NCBI RefSeq assembly: GCF_963853765.1
Contig: NC_088856.1
Location: 46,314,001-46,378,000 of the forward strand
Reading direction: 5' to 3'
From: Magallana gigas
Lineage: Eukaryota
Length of the DNA stretch: 64,000 nt
Shown here: one piece after another, positions 25,001-46,499 of the stretch
How positions within the stretch are numbered: the first letter of the stretch is position 1
How the letters are laid out: each line of letters starts with the position of its first letter
Program-made: the position numbers and the translations under genes
Notes under the pieces: model-generated
What the model saw: only the letters and a program-made list of their open reading frames with translations
Told to the model about the DNA's origin: nothing
Database searches by the model: none

Positions 25001-28000
25001 TGACTATCATTTTAGGACCACCTTGGCCAGGTGGCGAGCCTCACATTTAGAAGACAAAAACAAGGAACAGGTAAAAATCAACTTCATTGAAGTTCATGTA
25101 TGCTTAGATTATGTTTGATAACTCAAAGAATCTGAATCTACAACCTTCTGAATTTTGTTCCTTTGAATCTAAATTCTAAATCACTGTTACTTGTCCATGA
25201 TGAGTACAGGTGTCATATAATATTTTGAACCCCACGATATATTGACACCCCACCCCCCAAATAAAATATTGAACCCTGCATGGGTTCAAAATATTATGCT
25301 AGATATTTTGAACGCCCCTTTAATTTTCATTGCAATTGGAGAGGGGGTTCAAAATATTATGGCCACGATATATTAAACCCCCTACCTATTTCCAATTCCT
25401 TTTAAAGAGGGGGGTTCAAAATATTATGGCTGCAATATATATTAAATCCCCCTCTATTTTTCAGTGTATTGGAGAGGGGGTTCAAAATATTATGGCCGCG
25501 ATATATTGAAAATATCGCAGCCATAATATTTTGAACACCCACCCCCCCTCCAATGGAAATTGGAAATAGGAGGGGGTTCAATATATCGCGGCCATGATAT
25601 TTTGAAATATTATATGACACTGGGTATACAAGAATCTGATTTTTTTTTTTCAGTCATGTGGATTTTTGCAGATTTGAAATTCAGAATCTGTTACTGTTGT
25701 TATCAGTTCAGACCCCCAACTGATTTGATTACCTTCATTTCTTTCTCTGCCAATCACATCCTTGCTTTTAACATTGTAAAATTTAGGTTTATCGGGTTTC
25801 AAGGTAAATTGCATAGAATATCAGACATGAAATAGAATTCTAACTTCAACATGGATATTTATCAAATGTTACATCGCTTTCCCTCTGACTTGTGACTAGG
25901 TCAGTATTGAAAGTTTTGAAGTTTAAACTTTAAATTCTAATTGATCTCACTGATTGTTCTGCCAGGAGAGAAGGCCGTATTTAGCCACTGAGTGTAACGA
26001 CGTAAAGAAAGCAGAGAAATGGAGGCGACAGATAATAGGGGAGATCTCCAGAAAGATGGCACAGATTCAGAATGGTAAGAATTATTGTTGGGAAAAAACA
26101 TGATCAAAATGGATTTTGTTAATAAAGTTTTCACTGTTTATTGTATCATTATATATCCCCGTTCCAAAGGAGAGGAGGTTATACTGTTTTAGCCTTGTGT
26201 GTCTGTCTGTAAAAAATTTTCATCAAAGATTTCTCAGCAACTATAAATCACAGATGCTTGAAAGTTTAACAAAATCTTTGTTTAGGTTTGCAATATGATG
26301 GGATTCATTTTTTTTCCAATCAGAGGTCAACCTATTGTTTAATGTTGACTTTGCTTGATTTGTATATTCACAGCAGAGCGGGCCGGGGTATCACTAGTTA
26401 GCATTGGCTCACAGAGATCTTGTTATGCTTATTCACCAGAATCAGTTTCTATAAGTTTATTTTAGAGACAATTTTTAATACAATATCAACTGTATGAAAG
26501 ATTTTGATTGAAATTTGCATGTACATGATAATGTGATCTGTTTGAAATTAATGAAATATATACCTTTCAGCCGGTCTTGGAGAGTTCAAACTGAGAGATA
26601 TGAACGATGAAATCAACAAACTTCTCCGAGAGAAAGGTCACTGGGATGACCAGATAAAGGCACTGGGAGGCCCTGACTACAAGGTATTTATTTTTTCTAA
26701 CTCTTCAAGAAAAAAGGTCTAAAGAACTTATCATTCAAGCAATGTACCATTGTTGGATACCCATGACCAGCAGGCCAACTTGCTGAATTATTCTTGTTCT
26801 TATGAATAATTTATGCTGCATTCTAATTGACTCCTTCACATTTAGTGAAATAATTACATCAATGCTTACTCCCACATATACATACTTACATCTGCATGTT
26901 TTCATACCAAGATCTTCATTTTCATCCCTCCAAAAAAACCAAAGAGTTTCCCTTTTTTCAACCAATTAGGAGGAATAAGAAATATTCATGAAAACAATAA
27001 GTTCAATGATTTGACCTAAAGTCAATAAGCATATGCGAGACTGGCTGTGGGTTCCCAACAATTACACCAAATGATCAATGTTGAATACATTGTACTGTGA
27101 AATCTTAAAATCTTAGTCACTTTAGTGGGACCCGTTTTCCCAGATCTTGATTAATTATGCCTAGATCATTTTTTAATTTTAATTTCACAATGAGACATTT
27201 TTTAAAATAGATAATGAAGTTTGAATTATGTGTCATATATTGTGTGGACCTAAATTTTGTGGATTGCAATACCAACGGAAACCACATATTCTGATCCCTA
27301 CAAAATGTGATGACTTGTTTATCATCTTAAATATTTTTAAATTATTTGATGAATGTTTTAAACATAGAAAATTGGACCCAAAATGCTGGACCATGAGGGC
27401 AAAGAAGTGCCGGGAAACAAGGGCTACAAGTACTTTGGGGCCGCCCGCGATCTCCCAGGGGTCAGGGAGCTGTTTGAGCAAGAGCGTAAGATGATAGTTT
27501 GCATTTCCATCGATATATAGTTACATCATAAAATGCTTTGGTTTAACTATTGTTGTTATGCAGTGAATTTTCTCAGGGTATGAGAAAAATAGTAGATTGT
27601 TGGATTTTTACCTTGAGGTCTGCTTGTACCATAGTTAGGAAGTGAGTAAATGTTCATGTTAATAATAGAATATTTTTTTCCGTGATTGATTGGGGATTTA
27701 ATGTGATGGTTTTAAAATAAACAGAAATTGTCTTAAACAAAATTGTACATAATTTCATAATAGTTTAACCTTTCATATGTTTTAAGACTAACATAACGTA
27801 ACATAATAATTTAATCTATTATATATTTAAAGACTAACATGCATTTTGCTTCACAGTACTGATTTAAATATCTCCATTTAATAGCTCCTCCTCCTGCTCG
27901 TAAAACACGTGGAGAGTTGATGAAGCACATCGATGCTGATTACTATGGTTACAGGGATGAAGATGATGGGCGTATCATTCCCTTAGAACAGGAAATGGAG

Positions 28001-29533
28001 AAAAAAGGTATAGTCCCTACTGGCATCAATATAATGAAAATGTGCAATGTAGATATTTTACATCATATTTTAAAACTGATCATCAAATTTATTACAATCA
28101 TGATGTAAATTTTAAAAAGATATGTGAAAATGAAATACGCAAATTGCACTGTCTACAAGTGATGCATGTTTACAAGGTAGTGTACATGTATTTCATTAGT
28201 TTCCAGTCATTAATGATTTAAAGAATTCTTTTCAATTTCAAGTGATGGCCCAGAAAATAAGAGAATGGAAGGAAAGGAAAGAGGCCGCGGCCCGTGGGGA
28301 AGCCCCCGCTGAAACTGAAATGGAGGCTGAGGAGGAGGAGCCCTTGTACCAGAAGGAAGAGGTGAGTGTCCATATAGTTACATGTATAGTAGCACAAATA
28401 CTACCTGTAATTACATGTAATGATCTATGTTTATGAAGGTATATGTATATCCAAATGTAGCATCAGATGGAGGAGATTAGTGTTCTTGTAAATGCATGTA
28501 GCAATAATAGGACCTTCTTGCAATACATGATCCTTAAATTACATATCACTTATAAAGGTATACCCACATTTAGCTCCAAGAGGAGGAAGTGATTGTTAAA
28601 GTAACTACATCTACATGTAGTAATACCTATCCCTATAATTACATGTATCTACATGTATACCATGTAATAGGTTTATATCCACATGATGTTTCCAAAAGGA
28701 GGGGGAAGTGACTGTCCTTGTAGCTATGTTTTTCATTTATTTATATTAGGAATTTTAAAAATGTAATATACACTATATGTCATTCATATAGAATTACATG
28801 TATCTACTTTATCGTATGTAGAAGGTAAATCCATGTGTTCTTTAAGAAGGAGGAATTGAGTTAATGTGAAACTGCATGTACGAGAGTTAGTGCAATCCAT
28901 AGCACTAGCCTTGAATGTACCTTCTTTACCAGTTCTACAAGATAATTATATTAATGGTTTGTATCAGTACCTTCAGGACTTTGATTGTAATATTTTTGCT
29001 CTTTTAGTATGTTGAGGTAGAGATGGAGGTTCCTGAGGAAGAGGTTGTCCCAGTGAAGGAACATTTCATTGCCCACGTACCTGTACCATCACAGAAGGAG
29101 GTATACATTCTATTTTAATGATAATGTGGAGATTTGATAAACAGAGAAAAAGACTTCCACAATTGTTTTTGAAAAAAACATAAATTGTCTCTCCTTCCAA
29201 TCTCTCTTTTCAAAACAGAACATCTTTGACATTTGATGGTACATGTATTGTGTTTATAAGTATGAATGATTTTTTTTTTACGCAATTCTTATCTTACGTA
29301 TTTGTTGCATTTCAAGAGAAAATCATACTTGGTTTTTAGGCTCTTCTTTTTAAGAACATTTAAGATGTAAATGTTACTTAGCAAATATACATTAGACATG
29401 TAAATATGATTTCCATTCTGTTCAGATTGAAGAAGCTCTCATACAGAGAAAGAAGATGGAACTGTTACAGAAATATGTCAGTGATGACTTACAGGCGGAG
29501 GAGGAGGAGTCAAAGAAAATGCTTGGCTTATGA
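19083..29533 (+). CDS. ISY1: Pre-mRNA splicing factor ISY1, 10 coding exons, 287 aa
   Basis: Exons 19083-19085 (ATG|GTTAGT), 19220-19242, 25016-25070, 25966-26074, 26571-26683, 27368-27485, 27885-28007, 28243-28361, 29008-29100 and 29426-29533 are phase-consistent. Translation includes MARNSEKAMTTLARWR, ERRPYLATEC..AEKWRRQIIGEISRK, GPKMLDHEGKEVPGNKGYKYFGAARDLPGVRELFE and FIAHVPVPSQKEIEEAL..KKMELLQKY. Confidence 0.95.
20375..22216 (-). CDS. Gypsy RNase H - integrase (continuation of pol)
   Basis: Contains DASPLGLGALL, YSQTEREALA, SDHKPL, the HHCC zinc finger (AHEGHQG..CIPC) and the DDE core (SMDF..TDNGPPF..GEAE). Confidence 0.92.
   Translation of the reverse strand: MLILSGEGINRNRLRHSNVISQVTKVMAYFDATKQTVMIVDASPLGLGALLTQDGKVISYGSRALNDVETRYSQTEREALAIVWGCEHFHLYLFGNQFKIISDHKPLESIFNNPNSKPPARIERWRLKLQPYSFTVQYKPGKSNAADYMSRHPCKRSTPELSSIAEEYVNYVTENAVPKALTLEKIAEETRKDSALQHVIDAIKNRKQVSPCLFKYKVIDTLIHRKNEMTIYQDGNDCVLLVENRIIIPETLQHTVIQLAHEGHQGIVRTKQLLREKVWFVNIDKKVEEFCKRCIPCQASVPGRHCEPLKMSPLPTRPWSEVSMDFCGPFPNGSYLMVVIDDYSRYPVIEILSKISAKAVLPKLDSVFALFGVPDVVKTDNGPPFNGSEFKEFANHLGFKHRKITPLWPQANGEAERFMRTIGKAIRAAHSEHRSWKQELYNFLRNYRATPHSTTNATPAELLLGRKLKTRVPEITPPAVNKKVIQDNDWKRKEQMKQYADEKRKATQHKLQIGDQVLVKQQKTDELSTPYNSQPYTVIKQHGSMITAKTENKEITRDASFYKKINTECDKPVETSDDLCEDVINPQPPAQQEPRRSTRVRKPPSYLEDYLCK
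22125..24305 (-). CDS. Gypsy gag (two CCHC-type knuckles) - protease (DTGS) - reverse transcriptase (ISDD)
   Basis: 726-aa ORF with [60 protein letters not shown] and RNISDDII. It ends through a 1-nt frameshift at ~22141-22145. Confidence 0.92.
   Translation of the reverse strand: [726 protein letters not shown]
24364..24377 (-). other. Primer-binding site complementary to the tRNA-Ser(GCU) 3' end
   Basis: The plus strand reads CATCCTCGTCGCCA, matching the 3' 14 nt of metazoan tRNA-Ser(GCU) plus CCA as I recall it. It lies 1 nt inside the 5' LTR. Confidence 0.75.
25207..25624. mobile_element. MITE with internally repeated inverted arms
   Basis: TIR-like GTGTCATATAATATTT / AAATATTATATGACAC, flanked by TA. 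Internal repeats of TTCAAAATATTATGGC..GATATATT in both orientations. Confidence 0.7.
26148..26423 (+). mobile_element. Putative HINE/DINE-1-type element
   Basis: 5' TATATCCCCG and 3' CGGGGTATC inverted motifs, a GTCT microsatellite, and a T-rich terminus (..CTCACAGAGATCTTGTT). Confidence 0.5.
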
Positions 29534-30534
29534 TTGGTAGCAATTCAATGATTGACAGGTTCTGTGATCTGTTAGAAAAAATACATTTTTTTAAGTGAAG
29601 GCAGCAGATGTATGAATGAGAGCAATTTATTCTTGCATCTTAAATGCTTTATTGAGTAGCTAACCATGGACTCAGTCCTTCCATTATTATGCTCTTAGTA
29701 TTTCAAACAAACAAAAAAGATGTCAAATGATTTGGTGGGAACGCCATAATTAAATGTATTGCTACTGCATGCAACTTACACTTATCAGAAGCTGTGTAGT
29801 CTTTTATTCAAAAAGACATTGTCATAATTCATTGATACCTTGTTCGTTTACATCATTCTATAACTTTTCCGTCTCATAATTTACATGTATAGATATATAT
29901 TTTATGCAGTCATTCATACTATGTACATGTACATTTGCTTTGAAAAGCTAGCTTTTTGGCTGGAATAAAGTTTAAACAATTACTGTTTTTACTTTATGTC
30001 TTCATTCTCTTGGGAGATGGAAATATTCTGTGGAAGTTTAAAAACAGTGTGTTCTAGAAATTTAAAAAGACTGATTTATTCTCTTAAATTATGATATAAT
30101 TGATCCTTTCATAATTGTAAATATTGAATATTTGTTCATTTTTCATCGATCTCTGCAGTGCATCATTCAACCACTTTCTTCACATCCCCCCAACTTTATA
30201 TGTGTGAATATTTCATAAGGATATTCATATTTGTAAATATTTCCAGAGATTTGAATTCGTCAACAACCCAATCTTTCATTTAAAGGGGCATGGTCACGAT
30301 TTTGGTCAAAAATTATTTTTCCGATTTTAATATTTACAATGCTTCAGAAAGACATTTTTAATAGGCAACCAAAATTTGAGTCTCATTTGTTTAGTTATAG
30401 GCAAGTTACAGCGCTTGAAATTCTTTGCTATGTAAACAAAATGTTTGTTTACATTTTGAAAGTTGGAGTAAAAATTTCAGTTTTAAACCTAAAACGAATG
30501 TGTTAAACGTTAGGAATTGTATATCTATGCTTAA

Positions 30535-31358
30535 CGAGGCCGGGTCTAATTTGTTCTGCCCTAGATTTTTGGATGAAACTTTTTACATGAATTTCTACTG
30601 ATATTATTATTTTAAGATTAAAAAATAAGACATTTACCACACCGTTTGTTTAGGGGGTCATCTCAAAGTTTGTTAATCTTTAACATAGGACCCTATGGGA
30701 TTTTGCTTGAAATGTATCAATTTTGCATATTTTTTACATTTTTTCAAAACTTCTGCCCTAGGGATTTCTTTTTCTATTTACATATTAAAGTTATTGCTAA
30801 AAGGCATCAAATGGTCAAATGAAAAAAAACCTTTTACCTCCTGGTTTGTTCCAGGGGTCTTATCAAAGTTAATTTTTATATGCCCAATTTCCCAGATTTG
30901 TCAGATAATGGCTATTTTTTAATTGACAATGGCGGAAAAGGCGATCTATATTATAGTATTATTAAAACATTCAGACATATTTAAGTAATAAAAAAAATAT
31001 AAAGCATCACATATTAAGGGTCATTACTATAAAATACATGATTACTGTCTTGATATATATAATTATGAATTAAGCTATATTTATGCAGGTTAAGAAAACG
31101 TGACAGAGGGCTAGGCTTGCTGAACCCTCTTCACGTTTTCGACCCGAGCCCAAATATAGCTTATACTTAGAGACATTTATGTTTATTCCACAATATAACA
31201 TTATTTTTACGCATCAAACGAGATATTTTCAACAATTTTCGCTGAATATCTGCAGTTGAAACTATCACGCCATTGCGTCAACCAAGCAAAAAGATGACGT
31301 CACAATACAAATGAAACGCTGCGCGAAAGCATGCGTACTCGTTCTGTACTCGGCCTCG
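30535..31358. mobile_element. Nested TTAA-targeted non-autonomous element
   Basis: TTAA|CGAGGCCG...CGGCCTCG|TTAA. Internal hairpin AAAACGTGA..AGAGGG..CCCTCT..TCACGTTTT at ~31091-31139. Confidence 0.6.
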
Positions 31359-31422
31359 TTAAAATAAATAAAAAGATAGACAAATAAGCTGTAAAAAGAT
31401 TTTTTACTGGTATATGGAACCT

Positions 31423-31486
31423 TAGCTGCAATAATGTAGCCCTCTCCCGATTTAAAAAATCGGAGAGGGCTACATTATTGCAGCTA
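31423..31486. mobile_element. Ultra-short MITE (64 bp), copy 1 of 3
   Basis: ~30-bp TIR TAGCTGCAATAATGTAGCCCTCTCC..GATT. Flanks ATGGAACCT / ATGGAACAT (8/9 match). Confidence 0.85.
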
Positions 31487-34010
31487 ATGGAACATATGTA
31501 AACAAAAACAGGGCACGAGCCTTGTTTATATGAGGAAGAATTGTGAGCCCTGTATCTTGCTTATAACTATACCAATGACTCTCAAATTTAATTTGATGAT
31601 TAGAAATGCATCTCTAAAGCATTGTAAAAAATAAAAACATAAAAATAAAATTTGATCAAAATCGTGACCATGCCCCTTTAATATCTTAATTGACGAACAA
31701 TTTTAAATATAGTCTCGCCATCATTTATATTTGTTGCTGCTAACCATTTTATCACCAGTCATGTTCAATGGCATTATGATAATAAAGTTTCTGAAATTAA
31801 ATGCTTTATACTGTAATTCATATCGGTGCTGAAGTTCATTTAATGATGTCATAAAGAAAAAGAGGACAAAAAGAAATTAAAAATCAACATTTTATTCTTT
31901 AATAATTTAACACCAAGGTGACATCTTGATGCGAGTCTCTCTCCACAACAGCGATTCAACAGCCAAAAGATTGACAGTTCAAAGTAAAAAAAAAAAAGGA
32001 AAAAATTCTCAGTAATACGTTTAAAAAATCCCAAACTAAGGAACGCTATTTGCCATGGTACCGGTAGTCGCAAATCTTTAACAAACAAATGAATATCATG
32101 AATGTATATTTTACATGCCTTGTAATTATACGTGCATCAACCAAAAGTTTCATTAATATTAAAGTTACAAGTATGGCAACACATTTCTTTCAATGGATCT
32201 TGGCATTCTCACATGTAGTATGTTAACAAACTTTTTAAAAATGTACAAACATTTCCTTCAATACCCTCTCTATTTTTTCACTTTTCAATAATAACTTTTA
32301 CATTATCGACATTGTACGTGTCTGACAACCAATACAGTAAAAACAGGTATCTATTTTCTCTTCCAATTATTAACAGTTGTTCTGAACAGAGATGCATAGA
32401 TTTTTAATATTTTAAAAGCCATTTGCAACTTTTTGACCTAAAGTTTTGCTTTATTTTAAGATATTTGTGCTTTTCTTGTAGGAAAAATGATATGCTATTT
32501 CAGGCAACAAAACATAGCCCACATTTAACATAAAACTAAATAGTTTTCTGCGGCTCTGTCTTACAAACTAAATGTACAAGCATGCATGGTCTCTTTTCTT
32601 TAGCTATATCTCTCATGCATTAATTGTTTCTAGCATAAGTTCTGTTGATGAAGCATATTTTAAAAATGGAAGGAAAGAGGGAAAAAAAACCCAATGCAAT
32701 TACTAGAAGGTGCAATTATTTCTTTGACTGCAAGAACACATAATGAAAAAATAATGTTATTAACCATATTCTCTTCATGGTACTGACTTTGTAGCTTTTA
32801 TATCTTCACAAAAACTGCAAAAATGTTCAACATCTAAATACTATATTGATATATAGTAAAGAAAAAAAAAACATAAGATATAACAAAGACATCAATGTAT
32901 ATGTGTATAATTATATAATCTCTAGTACACGTATAAGTCATCTTTGTTTCTGAGTCAGTAAAGCGTTTAAACACATCTGTTCTCTGACAATGTTGTTCAA
33001 GCTCTATCATTATCAAGACATTACATGAATTATACATGACGATGCAAACAAATTAAACTGGCACTGGCATCATGAAGAAAATCATACATAAAATTGTAAA
33101 TTTACAAGCAGGAGTAAAGTTTCTGAGTTTGACAAGTATTGGTACAAGTCAACACTTCGTATACAAGACATGTATTGTGCCCATAGATTCATACACCTTT
33201 TAAACTCTGCTTGTACAATTTTTCAATATTTCCTTCAACAAAATTTTGTGTTGCAACACTAATGAGATCTATAGAAATACAAAGTTTTCTGGGGGAAAAA
33301 TGGCCCTCTACCAGATTTGATTCACAAAAATACATAAACATCTTTCTCATGGAAACTTAAAGTGAGGAAATCCTAGCTTAAAATCACTTTATTTCAATAC
33401 TTCTCTGGAAGTTCAATTTAATTTATGTTCAAATTTTGAACAATATAATTCAGTCTCTGTTCAATTTTTGAACATAATCATTAAGATAGTACTTAGTTAC
33501 AAGTAATACTAAATATATATTGATTCAATCATTAACAAACTGATATTAATAATATCATACTATAAACACCGATGCATCTCAAGGTCCACGACACAAGGGA
33601 GGTCCTTATTTAATCAATGAAACAAAACAGAGAACCTTAAAAAAAATGACAATAAATAAATACACTTACAGTAGCTTTCAAATTCATATGCGTACAGAAG
33701 TTTAACTAAAAGTCAAACCACAACATCTAAAAAATTAAACGAAAAAGGCTGAAAACATCCATTTTTCATGTAAAAACAAAGATCCCTCTTGGATCACATA
33801 ATTTTTTACAGTATTAAGTAGCATATTGAGTTAGTGGAGATTGGAAACTATAGACAATGATAGTCTATCATAGACCCTTTCATTCATCTTCATAACAATT
33901 GTAAACAAGGTGAAAAGTGTAAAAAGAAATAAAATAATCCTCAAGCAATCCGAGTTCTTTCTTTTCCTCATCAGATTAAAAAATGCCAACATTTAAATCT
34001 TTAATCAGCA

Positions 34011-43381
<9,371 letters not shown>

Positions 43382-43443
43382 GGTTCTTTTCGATACACAA
43401 ACTGTGTATGACCTTCACCTCAGTGTAGGTGTGTTACTATTGA

Positions 43444-43501
43444 CCAATGAAAATCTAACGTGACGTCACACTCAACTGTCACGTACGACAAACAAACCAA
43501 T
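43444..43501. promoter_or_regulatory. HDHD5 proximal promoter motifs: CCAAT - CRE - CCAAT
   Basis: CCAAT at 43444-43448 and 43497-43501, and a perfect TGACGTCA at 43461-43468. These lie 60-120 bp upstream of the HDHD5 ATG. Confidence 0.55.
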
Positions 43502-43920
43502 GCGCAAAATCCAACATTTAGAATAGTTTACTTCGTTACTTATTTTCGACACGCGAAAATGATAACAATGTTATTTACCATTTGGAATCATTTCGCTGTA
43601 CAAAATACAACGTAAATTGCTCTATATGTTCTAGAAAGATCCATGTTTTGAATGCACAAATTTGAACTGTGAATCCAAAAAAACACATCTAATATTGGTT
43701 TACATTTAGTGTGAGTGTGTTTTGCAAGAACTGTAAAATATTAACTCTTATCCATGCCAATGTTTACATGTATTTGCGATTTTATTAATTGTTTAACACA
43801 GCTTACAGATAAAAATCGATATTAACAATATCGAGCCTCATTTTTAAGAAAGAAGAAACATTAACAAAACTGAACTTTATTTATTTCACAACGATTGATC
43901 AATAGATCAATATAACTCAA

Positions 43921-44032
43921 GCAAGCGACCACCGGCCATACCCTTTCACATGCAACCAGAGTCGATCACGGGAATCGAACTCGGATTGCAGAGGTCGAGA
44001 AGCGAATGCAATAATCCTTGCACTACGATCAT
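43921..44032 (-). mobile_element. tRNA-derived SINE head fragment (or tRNA pseudogene)
   Basis: The minus strand has an A-box-like TAGTGCAAGG and a B-box-like GAGTTCGATTCCC at tRNA spacing, followed by non-tRNA sequence. There is no complete cloverleaf. Confidence 0.5.
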
Positions 44033-44879
44033 CTATATAACGTTAATTGGACCATCAAGAAGAAGAAATGTGGACTTCACATTTTTGAGATCTACCTTTT
44101 GAAAAAAAAAAAACAATCTAACAAATCAAACAAAACTAACAAAAGAAAATAGCTAACGCGGGTTATATATCAAGTTTTTCCTGCAATATGTCGCCGCCTT
44201 CATATTCCGCATGAATCACCCAAAAAAAAGTATTTTATTGTTTTAATTACCCGGGCTGAAAGCATAACAATTTAAAACTGAAAATGAAGATATTTTGTTA
44301 GTTACCTTGAACCGATAATAAAATAAATTAAACATGCATGGCTTTAAAGTTGCAACCTGTTAATTGTTCAAATTATGTAATAAAAACGCTCACAGCAGGA
44401 TTCCAATAAAATATGTCAGAACACGTTTAATTCTGTACTTAAAATACTTAGCTGTCCTGTGAGGCTTATTGAACAATTAACATTAATTTGAAAACTCTAT
44501 GAATTAAAGAAATTGAATATTTAAAGATTTGGATATGCAATTGAAATCTTTCCACTGATCTAAACTGTTTTAGTTATCCAGTAAGTTGAGAATCCCTCGT
44601 GTATATCTTTTATATTTATATCCATTTCAGATAAATAAGGTTTAAACATGCAATAATTAACTGTACATAAAAGTATCAAGTATTTCTACAAAACCATGCA
44701 CCTTTTTTTCAATTGTTTAATACGGAAGCGTTAATTTTTTTTATTAATTCGTTTTAACAAAGTAGTAATTTGTTATAACAAATTAGCAATTTGATATAAC
44801 AAACTAATAATCTGTTATAACAAGTTATCAATTTAATATGTTATAACAAATTAAAATATCATAACATTGCATAGAAATC

Positions 44880-45475
44880 TCATAGCATTACATTTTTATG
44901 CTACTCTTTGATAGTATGAAATGAAATGCTTTATGATTATATGTTGTTACATGATATGGTATGCCCTGATAGGTTATGCTATGATAAATGAGGATCATAT
45001 GATATGCTATAAGATTCCAATGCTATGTAATGTATTTCCAATTGAAATGATGTGTTATTTAAATTTCTTATAGGACATCATTTAATCCTCATTCATCATA
45101 GCATAGCATACCACATCGTTAATCATTTCATTTTGATTTAAAATAGCATAGCATACATATCATTGCTAAAGAATCTCAAAGTATTAATATAATTTTACTC
45201 GCATGTAATCTCAAAGCACAGCACAGTATAAGATGTAATAAATGTGCATAAAATGACGGTCACTTCAAGCTATCTTTTACAACATAGTAAATCATAAGAT
45301 ATAAATCTTAAAGCATATCATTGGAATCTCATTACAATATATTGAAATATCATAGCATATCATTTGATTCCCTTTCATCCTATAATGCCATGTCATGTCA
45401 TGTCATGTCATGTCATGTCATACCATCCCATCTCATCCCATCCCATACCATATACCATACCATACCATATCATAC
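44880..45475. repeat. Degenerate pentanucleotide microsatellite region (NNATG then CATNN)
   Basis: 5-bp periodic runs TATGA/AAATG, then CATAG, (CATGT)n at ~45388-45420, CATCC and CATAC. Confidence 0.7.
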
Positions 45476-46256
45476 ATATTTTTTTACAGGATTCTCAAGA
45501 GTAAATTGATCGTTGAAATATATAATTCAATCTAAATTGAAAAAAAAAATTCAATAGTCAAATAAAAATACCCCCCCCCCCCAAAAAAAAAGTCCCACTC
45601 ATGTTGCTTCATTACAATAGCTTTGTTTGATAGGGTGTACATGTACCAGGGCTAAAACTTTTGGTGAACACAATTAAGGAAAAATCGTGAATTATGTAGA
45701 AAAATTAAGGAACAAATTTCAGAGTTTTGTCCATTTTTTACTAATGAAATATATCTAGAATGCCTATGTACAGTCTCTCAAAAAAAAAAAACCCAAGAAA
45801 CAAAAACAAAAAACAAAACCGGAATTGAACAAGCTCTTGACCTCATCTTTAAAATGATGTCAAAATGAATACAGATATCGGGATTACTTCTCCCATGATT
45901 TAACATAGAATTTCAAGAAATTGTTTAATTTTCGACAATTTTGTGTGCATGCATGTGTGCATATGGGGTTTTTTTTTAATAAGAAGACTTCTTTTTAAAA
46001 ATTCAACTCGATCTATAATAACTTTAAATAAGCACGCCCTTCTTAACACAGAAGCATAATAATGATGACCTTGAATCATTTGGAATCTTTGATAAACAAT
46101 AAATCATGTAAGAGGTGGGTGAAGAATATATTATAATATATAGTACTAACATTTATTGGAGAAAATTTGAACCAAAATTTGTTGGACAAATTTTTTGTCA
46201 AAAAATTTCGATTTTATTATTTCAAGATATTTTTGGTCATACATGCATGTATATTA

Positions 46257-46499
46257 GAACCATTTTAACAAGAGCTTGGACTTTGGGTAGTTGTGTTAAA
46301 CAGCAATGGGACGTGGGCCTGACTATTTCATTGTCAGCTACTCGGCCATGGGTCTCTGAAATCAGCAAATAAGATTTGTCTGGCTTTTGAGCTAAGACTA
46401 CGCAATCGGTGCGTATATTTCGCTTGAAACCGCGTCATTTTTAACTTGTTTTGACGCAAGAAATAGATAGCTACGTCCAAGGTCTTGTTAAAATGGTTC
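46257..46499. mobile_element. MITE (~245 bp), second copy
   Basis: Same TIRs as 41416-41659, in the opposite orientation. Confidence 0.8.

Larger units (their letters stand above)
30284..31677. mobile_element. Non-autonomous Kolobok-like element (TTAA TSD) carrying two nested insertions
   Basis: TIRs AGGGGCATGGTCACGATTTTG(G/A)TCAAA at both ends. TTAA at 30280-30283 and 31678-31681. Confidence 0.8.

Noticed and set aside
25195-25640. C/D snoRNA (ATGATGA ... CTGA) in an ISY1 intron
   Set aside because: Once the MITE is removed, the boxes are only ~10 nt apart, and there is no terminal stem or guide.
43500-43620. Shared HDHD5/SPATA22 bidirectional first exon
   Set aside because: A closer promoter-like module and strong donor exist at 47575-47757, and nothing links 43.6 kb to SPATA22. 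Not excluded without RNA data.
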